Source: an uncultured Treponema sp. (GTDB lineage: Bacteria; Spirochaetota; Spirochaetia; Treponematales; Rectinemataceae). From it: a DNA stretch of 64,000 nucleotides. This document shows positions 55,518 through 64,000 of the stretch, piece after piece. Each line of letters starts with the position of its first letter. Positions within the stretch are counted from its first letter, which is position 1. The notes below the pieces were generated by a model that saw nothing but the letters and a program-made list of their open reading frames with translations, did not search any database and had not been told where the DNA came from. The position numbers and the translations under genes are program-made. The stretch spans positions 38,322 to 102,321 of the forward strand of contig CAZHFN010000002.1 of the NCBI GenBank assembly GCA_964531105.1. Reading direction: 5' to 3'.

Positions 55518-56396
55518 CTAAGCCTTGTCCACAGTGTTTTTCCCCATAATGCCCGAAGGCCTGAAGATGAGAACGCCGATGAGTATTACAAAAGCGATTA
55601 AATCGCGGAACTGGGAGGAAAGGTAACCGGCTACCAGGGTTTCCAAGGTACCCAGGAGCACCGATCCCAGAACAGCTCCCGGCAGGCTTCCCAAGCCTCC
55701 GAACACCGCCGCGATGAAGGATTTCGTCGTTATATTGCCGATCTGAGGATACACTGTGTACTTCATGCCGAAGAAGACACCGGCCACGCCGGCTAGAAAT
55801 CCCCCGAGGCCGAATACTATAAGAATTATCCTGTCGGTATTAACGCCCATAAGGGCGCAGGCCTTGATATTGTAGGCCGCAGCCTGGATTGCCTTGCCCA
55901 TCTTAGTCTTGTCTATAAAGAGGATGAGACCAGCCAGGCAGACTGCCGATATCAGGAACATTATAAGATCCAGCCTTCCAAGAGCGATTGGGCCAAGATG
56001 GATCGGAGTGCGGGGTATGACGGCTGGATAGGTCCTAAACGTGGGGCCGATAGTGGCTATAACCAGATTTTCCAGAAGAATCGAAGCCCCCATGGCCGAG
56101 ATGATAAAATATAAGAAGGGCGCGCTGCGCTCCCTCAAGGGCTTGTATGCTATGCGTTCCACCAATATTGCCAGGATGGTAGTGCCGGCGCAGGCAAGTA
56201 AAAACGCGAGAATAAAAGGCAGTTTCAGCAAGGTGATGGCAAAGAAGCCGAAATAAGCCCCCAGCATGATCACCCCTCCATGGGCGAAATTCGAAAAGCT
56301 CATTATGGAATACACGAGGGAATAGCCCACGGCCATGAGGGCGTATACGGAGCCTATTGAAAGCCCGTTGATCATCTGCTGCAGAAACTGAACCAT
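55518..56396 (-). CDS. livH: Branched-chain amino acid ABC transporter permease
   Basis: 292 aa. MVQFLQQMINGLSIGSVYALMAVGYSLVY is a LivH-type start. Confidence 0.92.
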   Translation of the reverse strand: MVQFLQQMINGLSIGSVYALMAVGYSLVYSIMSFSNFAHGGVIMLGAYFGFFAITLLKLPFILAFLLACAGTTILAILVERIAYKPLRERSAPFLYFIISAMGASILLENLVIATIGPTFRTYPAVIPRTPIHLGPIALGRLDLIMFLISAVCLAGLILFIDKTKMGKAIQAAAYNIKACALMGVNTDRIILIVFGLGGFLAGVAGVFFGMKYTVYPQIGNITTKSFIAAVFGGLGSLPGAVLGSVLLGTLETLVAGYLSSQFRDLIAFVILIGVLIFRPSGIMGKNTVDKA

Positions 56397-56421
56397 GGCC
56401 TATCCTTTTCAAAAGGGATTG

Positions 56422-56579
56422 AGCCACTTTCAAAAGTCTGCAAACGTTTAAAAGTGGCTTTGTAGTTTCGTCAATAATAAAAACAGCGCCCGCGGGCTCG
56501 GAGCAAAGTTCGCAGTCCGCGGGCTTTTATACATTCTCCATGATTTTCAAGGCTGGCGGGCACGTTTTCATTGCCCGCC
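56422..56579 (-). promoter_or_regulatory. Three intercistronic hairpins between livJ and livH
   Basis: Plus-strand coordinates: GGCGGGCA/TGCCCGCC (56555-56579); GCCCGCGG/CCGCGGGC (56488-56524, with a minus-strand U tract GCTGTTTTTATTATT); AGCCACTTT/AAAGTGGCT (56422-56459). Confidence 0.5.
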
Positions 56580-56600
56580 TTAATGCCTCCTTACATGCTC

Positions 56601-57755
56601 TTACTGGGCTGCGTACTTTTCCTGGAACACGTACTTGCCTTCTACGATCTTGAGAATAGCGGCATCCTTGCCTTCGGGGTTATGGGTCTCGGGGCTGATC
56701 TTTATAAAGCCCGTAATGCCCTGCACCTCAATACCTTCCAGAGCTTTGGCAATCGCTTCGCCATTGGCCTTGCCTGCTTTTTGGATTGCCGCGACGAGCA
56801 CGAGCACTGCATCGTGCACAAGGAATCCATTCAGCTCGGTTTCCTTGCCGTACTTAGCCAGATAGCGAGCCTTGTAGTCCTGTACCGCGGGATCGGCATA
56901 GTCCAGGTGGTTGACGAAATAGCAGCCTTCCACTGCGGCGCCGCCCATGGATATCAGCTGCTCGGAGGGCCAGCCGTCACCGCCCATCAGCACTTGGGTA
57001 ATGCCCAGTTCCCTGGCCTGATTGGCCGAGAGGGCTACTTCCTTGAAGAAGTAAGGCATGAAGATGATGTCGGGGTTGGCAGCCTTTATCTTGGACAGCT
57101 GGGGTCTGAAATCCACATCACCCGCGTTGAACGATTCATCAGCGACGATTGTGCCGCCTTTCTTCTCAAAGTTGATAGTGAAGAACTCGCGCAAGCCCTG
57201 GCTGTAGTCATCCGATACGTCATAGAGGATGGCCGCTTTCTTCGCTCCCAGCTTGTCGAAAGCATAGCCTGCTGCGACTGCGCCCTGATATGGATCGATA
57301 AAGCAAACCCTGAAATTGTAGGGCTTTACTTTGCCATCCAGCACCGTAACCTTGGGATTGGTGGCTACTGTGGCGATATCAGGCACCTTGGCCTGCTCCA
57401 GCACCGGTGCAATGGGAATCGCGTTACCCGAGGCATTAGGTCCGAGTATGGCCACAACCTTGTCCTGACCCGTGAGGCGCTTTACGACGTTGACCGCTTC
57501 CTGAGCGTCACCCTTGTTGTCGTAGCCGATGGCTTCCAGCTTGTACTTCTTGCCTCCCACCTCAATACCGCCGGCATTGTTGTACTCTTCGAACAACATT
57601 TTGACCGTATTGAACTCATTCTCGCCCCAGACCGCCTGGTCGCCTGTGAGGGCGCCAAACCAGCCAACCTTGATCGTATCGCCCTTTCCACCACTTGCGC
57701 ATCCGAACAAGGCGATGGAAGCAACGATCATGAGAACCAGCAGTGTCCTTTTCAT
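56601..57755 (-). CDS. livJ: Branched-chain amino acid ABC transporter substrate-binding lipoprotein
   Basis: 384 aa. Lipobox LFGCASG. Type I periplasmic-binding fold (IKVGWFGALTGDQAVWG). Confidence 0.9.
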   Translation of the reverse strand: MKRTLLVLMIVASIALFGCASGGKGDTIKVGWFGALTGDQAVWGENEFNTVKMLFEEYNNAGGIEVGGKKYKLEAIGYDNKGDAQEAVNVVKRLTGQDKVVAILGPNASGNAIPIAPVLEQAKVPDIATVATNPKVTVLDGKVKPYNFRVCFIDPYQGAVAAGYAFDKLGAKKAAILYDVSDDYSQGLREFFTINFEKKGGTIVADESFNAGDVDFRPQLSKIKAANPDIIFMPYFFKEVALSANQARELGITQVLMGGDGWPSEQLISMGGAAVEGCYFVNHLDYADPAVQDYKARYLAKYGKETELNGFLVHDAVLVLVAAIQKAGKANGEAIAKALEGIEVQGITGFIKISPETHNPEGKDAAILKIVEGKYVFQEKYAAQ

Positions 57756-57881
57756 AGATCCTCCTGAACAATTCGATCACAGACCCGGGTTAGTATACCC
57801 CTTGTAGTCCGGTATCAACAAGCACAAATCTTCTTGAGGCGAACGCTCAGCTCGCCCGTCTGGAGAGAGAAAACGAATGCA

Positions 57882-59711
<1,830 letters not shown>

Positions 59712-59863
59712 GGATGGAGCCTCCCGGCGAGGAAAGGATAGGCATTGCGGTCGCCATAATTACCTTCGAAGGTATCCAGGCAACGAAAAACATAATACTC
59801 CAAATGAAGACATGCGCAAGTACCGTAGTATAAAAAGCAAGAAAAAGCGAAAAAGCATCCCTC

Positions 59864-59892
59864 TTGCCTCTATGTTAGCCTTACCATATCAT
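59864..59892 (+). promoter_or_regulatory. Possible sigma-70 promoter giving a leaderless padR transcript
   Basis: TTGCCT (59864-59869), 17-nt spacer, TATCAT (59887-59892). The ATG at 59899 is 7 nt downstream and has no SD sequence. Confidence 0.35.
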
Positions 59893-59898
59893 TGCCCC

Positions 59899-60465
59899 AT
59901 GTCCATTCGCCATGCCATCCTGGGATTTTTAAGCTGGAAATCCTTTACGGGGTACGAACTGAAGCACCGCTTCTCCGATGCCCTCTCCTTTCACTGGTCG
60001 GGGAACAACAATCAAATCTATGGCGCCCTCATAGAGCTGCATGCACAAGGCCTGGTGAGCATAGAGGTCCTGCAGCAGGAAAAAAGGCCAGCCAAAAAGC
60101 TCTATACAATTACCGAACAAGGCAGACTGGAACTGCAAACCTGGCTGGAATCAGAGCCGGAATTACCTGTTCTGCGCAGCGATTTCACCACAAGACTAGC
60201 CTGGGCCGCCGGTCTTGAGTATGCGAGCCGCAAGCACCTCATCGATCGCTATGCCCAATCCCTGGAAGCCCACATCCTGATGTGCGAGGAAAGAGGCCGC
60301 CGAAATCCCGAACAGCCGGCCCGCAGCGATCTGGAAAAAGCCCTCTGGGCGGCTGCCGACAGACATAGCCTGGAGTTCTACAGGGCTGAATTGAAGTGGC
60401 TGGGGGAGATTCATAAAATTCTGGAATCAGATGCTGTCGCCGGTAATACGGATTTGAACCCTTGA
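59899..60465 (+). CDS. PadR-family transcriptional regulator
   Basis: Start at MSIRHAILGFLSWKSFTGYELK. The winged-helix PadR signature continues (NNNQIYGALIELHAQGLV ... KKLYTITEQG). Confidence 0.85.
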   Translation: MSIRHAILGFLSWKSFTGYELKHRFSDALSFHWSGNNNQIYGALIELHAQGLVSIEVLQQEKRPAKKLYTITEQGRLELQTWLESEPELPVLRSDFTTRLAWAAGLEYASRKHLIDRYAQSLEAHILMCEERGRRNPEQPARSDLEKALWAAADRHSLEFYRAELKWLGEIHKILESDAVAGNTDLNP

Positions 60466-61223
60466 GACTCCTGCGATTTCCCGTCCTGGGCTCTACCATG
60501 GATGAAGCGCGAAATGCCTTAGCAGAGGGACAGAACTTCCCCTTTATTATTCTGGCCGACCACCAGCACGCAGGAAGAGGGAGAACAGAAGGCAGGAGCT
60601 GGCTCTCTAGTCCCGGCGCATCCCTCACCATGACCCTCTGCCTGGATCCTGTCTCGGCGCAACTTCCCGCCCTGCCCCTGCGCGTTGGACTAGGCATCGC
60701 CCAATATCTGGAAGCGCTTCCAGGGCTTGCCGGGCGAATTGCGCTCAAATGGCCCAATGATATTCTAGGCTGGAGCGAAAGAGTGCAGGTCTGGAAAAAA
60801 CTGGGGGGCATGATCTGCGAATCCTCGAGTTCAGGCCTGTTCGTAGGCATAGGCATCAATCTAAAAAATGAAGTCATCACTCCAGACATCCAGGCCAAGG
60901 CTATTTCCTTGGAAGAGGTGCTGGATACTCAGGATGGATGTACCACGACGCTCCCTGAACTGGAGATCCTCGCTCGCGAGCTCTCGGTTTCCATCATCGG
61001 CACTATCGCCGATCCCTCCTGGAAAGAGGAGTACCAGAAGCTGCTGTGGGGCTTGGGTATGGAAACGGAGTTTGTTCAGGGAGATCCCCGTTCAAATAAC
61101 ATACGCTCCGGCACCATTCTAGGCGTGGATGAGGAGGGCTTCCTGCTGCTAAGAGAAGCCGGATCCGAAGTTACCCGCTACAGTTCAGGCGAGATCACTC
61201 GTTTTGGCTTTAGGGAGCTTTAA
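60462..61223 (+). CDS. birA: Biotin--protein ligase, group I (no N-terminal HTH)
   Basis: 253 aa. LGSTMDEA, HQHAGRGRTEGRSW (GRGRxGRxW), KWPNDIL. TTG start overlaps the padR stop (TTGA). Confidence 0.85.
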   Translation: MRLLRFPVLGSTMDEARNALAEGQNFPFIILADHQHAGRGRTEGRSWLSSPGASLTMTLCLDPVSAQLPALPLRVGLGIAQYLEALPGLAGRIALKWPNDILGWSERVQVWKKLGGMICESSSSGLFVGIGINLKNEVITPDIQAKAISLEEVLDTQDGCTTTLPELEILARELSVSIIGTIADPSWKEEYQKLLWGLGMETEFVQGDPRSNNIRSGTILGVDEEGFLLLREAGSEVTRYSSGEITRFGFREL

Positions 61224-62484
61224 AGGCTTCGAGCCTGGATACCAATCGCGATGGAATCCTGCATAGGATGGTTGAAGCTTCGTCCTGTGAGCTTTCTTTT
61301 ATGACAACTCCTTCTCTGTGAATGAGAGGAATTAGGGCGTACTGGTCGTGGGGAATAATCAAGTGCATCTCCACCATGCCATCGCTCAAGCGTTCCTCGA
61401 TCAATTTTACCAGAACCTGCAAGCCCTCCCCTGTCTTGGCCGAGACGGCCAGCCCGCCGGGGTGAGCATAGAGCCAATCCTGGACCGCTCCGGGGTCGGC
61501 GATATCGGTCTTGTTGAGCACCAGTATGCGAGGAAGAACCCCCGCCCCTATCTCGGTCAGCACCTTTTCGGTAGTGGCCATCTGCAATTCCACCTCGGGA
61601 TCGGCGGCATCGGCCACGTGTATGAGAAGATCGGCGCTGGAGGCTTCCTCCAGCGTGGCTTTAAAGGCTTCTACCAGGCCATGGGGCAGGTTGCGCACAA
61701 AACCCACCGTATCGGTGAGCAGAAGGCTGGCCCCAGACCCCAGGATAAGCCTGCGGGTTGTTGGATCCAGGGTGGCGAAGAGCTTATCCTCGGCCACTAC
61801 CTCGGCCTTAGCCAGGACATTGAGGAGGCTGGACTTCCCAGCATTCGTATAGCCAACAATAGCAGCTCTGGGAAGCGTAAGCCGCTCTCTGCGCTTTCGC
61901 TGGACATCCCTCGATTTCCGTACCTGCTTTAGTTCTTCTTCAAGTTCATGGATTCTGCGCTCAATGGATCGGCGATCCAATTCAATCTTCTGCTCGCCCG
62001 ATCCCTTGGTTCCGTAGCGGCCTCCCCTCTGCCTGGATAAATCATCATAGGAGTGGGCCAATCGAGGAAGAGCGTATTCCAAACGGGCCAGTTCCACCTG
62101 AATACTGGCTTCCTTGGTGAGGGCTCGGGCGGAAAATATTTTAATGATAAGTTCGGCCCTGTCGTAGACCTTCATGCCCGACAGCTTTTCCAGATTCCTT
62201 TGCTGCATGGGACTTAAAGGGTGGTCGAATACTATGGAATCGGCATCATCAGCCTTGGCGGCGGCTATAATTTCATCCGCCTTGCCAGTACCTAAAAGAA
62301 GACTGGCGGTTTTTGCTCTCAACTTGACCATTATAGAGGAAGTGACTTCCAATCCAAGGCTGGATGCCAAGCTGGAGAGTTCCCGCAGGAGGCTCGCGGC
62401 TTCTTCAGGTTCTCTCCGGTCATACTCTATCCCTACCAGCAGAGCCCTCTCCGCTTTCGGGGAGTTGTCGTACAATTCCCTCAT
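61210..62484 (-). CDS. hflX: GTPase HflX
   Basis: 424 aa. HflX N-domain, GYTNAGKSSLLN, DTVGF, NKTD. Confidence 0.93.
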   Translation of the reverse strand: MRELYDNSPKAERALLVGIEYDRREPEEAASLLRELSSLASSLGLEVTSSIMVKLRAKTASLLLGTGKADEIIAAAKADDADSIVFDHPLSPMQQRNLEKLSGMKVYDRAELIIKIFSARALTKEASIQVELARLEYALPRLAHSYDDLSRQRGGRYGTKGSGEQKIELDRRSIERRIHELEEELKQVRKSRDVQRKRRERLTLPRAAIVGYTNAGKSSLLNVLAKAEVVAEDKLFATLDPTTRRLILGSGASLLLTDTVGFVRNLPHGLVEAFKATLEEASSADLLIHVADAADPEVELQMATTEKVLTEIGAGVLPRILVLNKTDIADPGAVQDWLYAHPGGLAVSAKTGEGLQVLVKLIEERLSDGMVEMHLIIPHDQYALIPLIHREGVVIKESSQDEASTILCRIPSRLVSRLEAFKAP

Positions 62485-62548
62485 GTGATTCCTGCCTGTT
62501 TTTACGCAACAGGCTGCGCTCCAAACTGCCAGTGCCCGTTTAAAAGCT

Positions 62549-63550
62549 TTACAGATCGCCTATAGAGGCCACCATGACCGCCTTGATAGTGTGCAGCCTG
62601 TTTTCGGCCTGGTCGAATACAACCGAATGCCGCGATCTGAATACCTCGTCGGATACTTCCATCTCTTTTATACCGTGCTTAGCCGCAATTTCAGTGCCAA
62701 CCGCTGTCTCGGTATCATGAAAGGCCGGCAGACAGTGGAGGAAGACGACATCGGGATTTTCGGTTTTCTTCACAAAATCCATGGTAACCCTGTAGCGTTG
62801 CAGCTGGGCGATGCGCTGGGCAAACTTGTCCTCTTCCCCCATGGAAACCCACACATCGGTGTAGAGGATATCGGCGCCTTTGAGAGCTTGGTCGGCCTTA
62901 TCGATATCGTAGAATTCGATGGAGCCTCCCGAGCCTGCGGCAACCTTGAGCATCTCTTCGGTGAGCGCCTCGTTAGGCCAGAGTTCCCTGGGAGCCAGGG
63001 CGACAAAATGAAGCCCCATTTTGGCGCTGCCGATCATGAGGGCGTTGCCCATATTGTTCCGCGCATCGCCGCAGTAGACGAGCTTTACCTTATTGAGGGG
63101 CTTGTGAACATGCTCTTCTATTGTAAGCAAGTCGGCCAGTATCTGAGTGGGGTGATCATCGTCGGTGAGCCCGTTCCACACAGGCACTCCCGAATACTTT
63201 GCCAGGTCTTGGACCAGCTTTTGGGAAAAACCCCTATACTGAATGCCATCGTACATTCTTCCGAGCACCTTGGCGGTATCCTCCACCGACTCCTTCTTTC
63301 CCATCTGGGAATTGGTAAGGAATGTGGCATTGCCGCCTTCGTCCCAGCAGGCAGTCTCGAAGGCACAGCGGGTTCTTGTGGAAGCCTTGTCGAAGATAAG
63401 CACGATATTTCTTCGGAAAAGAGCATTGCCCTTTATGCCAGCGCGTTTTTTAGCCTTAAGATCGTGAGAGAGATCGAGCAGGTACCGTATTTCCTCGGCG
63501 CTAAAATCCTTAAGTGTAAGAAAGCTTCTTCCCCTGAGATTGACAGGCAT
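62549..63550 (-). CDS. argF: Ornithine carbamoyltransferase
   Basis: Start at MPVNLRGRSFLTLKDFS (GGAGGA RBS). Motifs STRTRCAFE, HPTQ, HCLPA. Confidence 0.93.
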   Translation of the reverse strand: MPVNLRGRSFLTLKDFSAEEIRYLLDLSHDLKAKKRAGIKGNALFRRNIVLIFDKASTRTRCAFETACWDEGGNATFLTNSQMGKKESVEDTAKVLGRMYDGIQYRGFSQKLVQDLAKYSGVPVWNGLTDDDHPTQILADLLTIEEHVHKPLNKVKLVYCGDARNNMGNALMIGSAKMGLHFVALAPRELWPNEALTEEMLKVAAGSGGSIEFYDIDKADQALKGADILYTDVWVSMGEEDKFAQRIAQLQRYRVTMDFVKKTENPDVVFLHCLPAFHDTETAVGTEIAAKHGIKEMEVSDEVFRSRHSVVFDQAENRLHTIKAVMVASIGDL

Positions 63551-63728
63551 AGGATCCTCCAGGATGGAAATAGCCCCGGGAGCTTTATACCCAGGGGAGC
63601 GCCTTCGGCGCGGCATTCAACGTATACACCAAGTGCCCGGGGGGGTCAAGTATAAAACCCAGAGGCTGCAAGCATAAGTGTATATGGGGAATTCAAATAA
63701 TGCTAAGTAAAAAGATGTCGACCCTCCT

Positions 63729-63757
63729 TTGACGAGCCATAAGCCCTGGAGTATACT
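63729..63757 (+). promoter_or_regulatory. Possible sigma-70 promoter for the aminotransferase gene
   Basis: TTGACG (63729-63734), 17-nt spacer, TATACT (63752-63757). About 55 nt upstream of ATG 63813. Confidence 0.45.
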
Positions 63758-63812
63758 GACGCCGCGGGATGGGGCGGGCGCTTTGGAATCCGTCCCACAG
63801 CAAGGAGAAATC

Positions 63813-64000
63813 ATGAGTCTCTCGCTCGGGGATATAAGCGAAGAGGTCCTAGCCGCCGAATACGCGGTGAGGGGTCCCATAGTTAAAAGAGCCCAGGAAC
63901 TGGAGCGCGAAGGCAGGGAAATCATCTACTGCAATATCGGAAACCCCCAGGCTCTCGGCCAGAAACCCCTGAGCTATGTGCGCCATGTGCTCGCCCTAAT
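63813..64000 (+). CDS. Class I/II aminotransferase, AlaA-like (5' part; runs off the window)
   Basis: Own translation: MSLSLGDISEEVLAAEYAVRGPIVKRAQELEREGREIIYCNIGNPQALGQKPLSYVRHVLAL. AAGGAG lies 5 nt upstream. The YAVRG ... NIGNPQ pattern is typical of alanine aminotransferases. Confidence 0.8.
   Translation, partial: MSLSLGDISEEVLAAEYAVRGPIVKRAQELEREGREIIYCNIGNPQALGQKPLSYVRHVLAL

Noticed and set aside
56571-57767. 398-aa plus-strand ORF
   Set aside because: Exactly antisense to the well-supported livJ binding-protein gene. The product is low-complexity, matches no motif, and has no RBS. A mirror ORF typical of GC-biased third positions.
59712-59898. Possible glmS ribozyme in the glmS leader
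   Set aside because: I read the minus-strand leader and found none of the conserved glmS ribozyme core segments. The leader before the GGGAGG RBS is short and unstructured apart from the 14-bp palindrome.
62591-63655. 354-aa plus-strand ORF
   Set aside because: Antisense to argF, which has all carbamoyltransferase motifs. No recognisable domain.
63687-63708. ARG-box-like GGGGAATTCAAATAATGCTAAG upstream of argF
   Set aside because: Only one half-site resembles TGAAT-N4-ATTCA. Too weak to call.

Overview
Dense, mostly housekeeping chromosomal window, mid-50s % GC by eye, roughly 50 protein genes. I found no rRNA, tRNA, CRISPR, transposase, integrase or phage genes. Gene content points to an anaerobic diderm, probably a spirochaete-like organism (inference): class I LysRS, a barrel/OmpA envelope protein, an [FeFe]-hydrogenase, and an RpoS-like sigma gene behind a -24/-12 promoter. 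Core genes recognised: cysS, murB, rpmB, ffh, lepB, a PASTA-bearing PBP, tsaD, class I lysK, ridA, rsgA, pepF, ndk, adk, dnaE, livJHMGF, glmS, birA, hflX, argF. Items worth a second look: (1) a consensus sigma-54 promoter directly upstream of a group-2 (RpoS-like) sigma factor gene, and a second -24/-12 element in front of a Gly/Met-rich secreted protein; (2) a 2243-aa envelope protein built as predicted beta-barrel + 16 FlgD-Ig-like repeats + OmpA peptidoglycan-binding domain; (3) a hydCBA-type [FeFe]-hydrogenase operon whose NuoF-like subunit is fused to a GltD/NfnB-like NADPH module, with HydA carrying TSCSPGW instead of the canonical TSCCPxW; (4) a CPA2 antiporter fused to USP-like and EIIA(Ntr)-like domains; (5) a translationally coupled DOMON / 4-TM His-rich membrane pair; (6) an ECF sigma/anti-sigma cassette overlapping cysS; (7) an alpha/beta-hydrolase-fold protein that appears to lack the nucleophile Ser and catalytic His. 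All functional calls rest on motif recognition by eye. No database searches were run.
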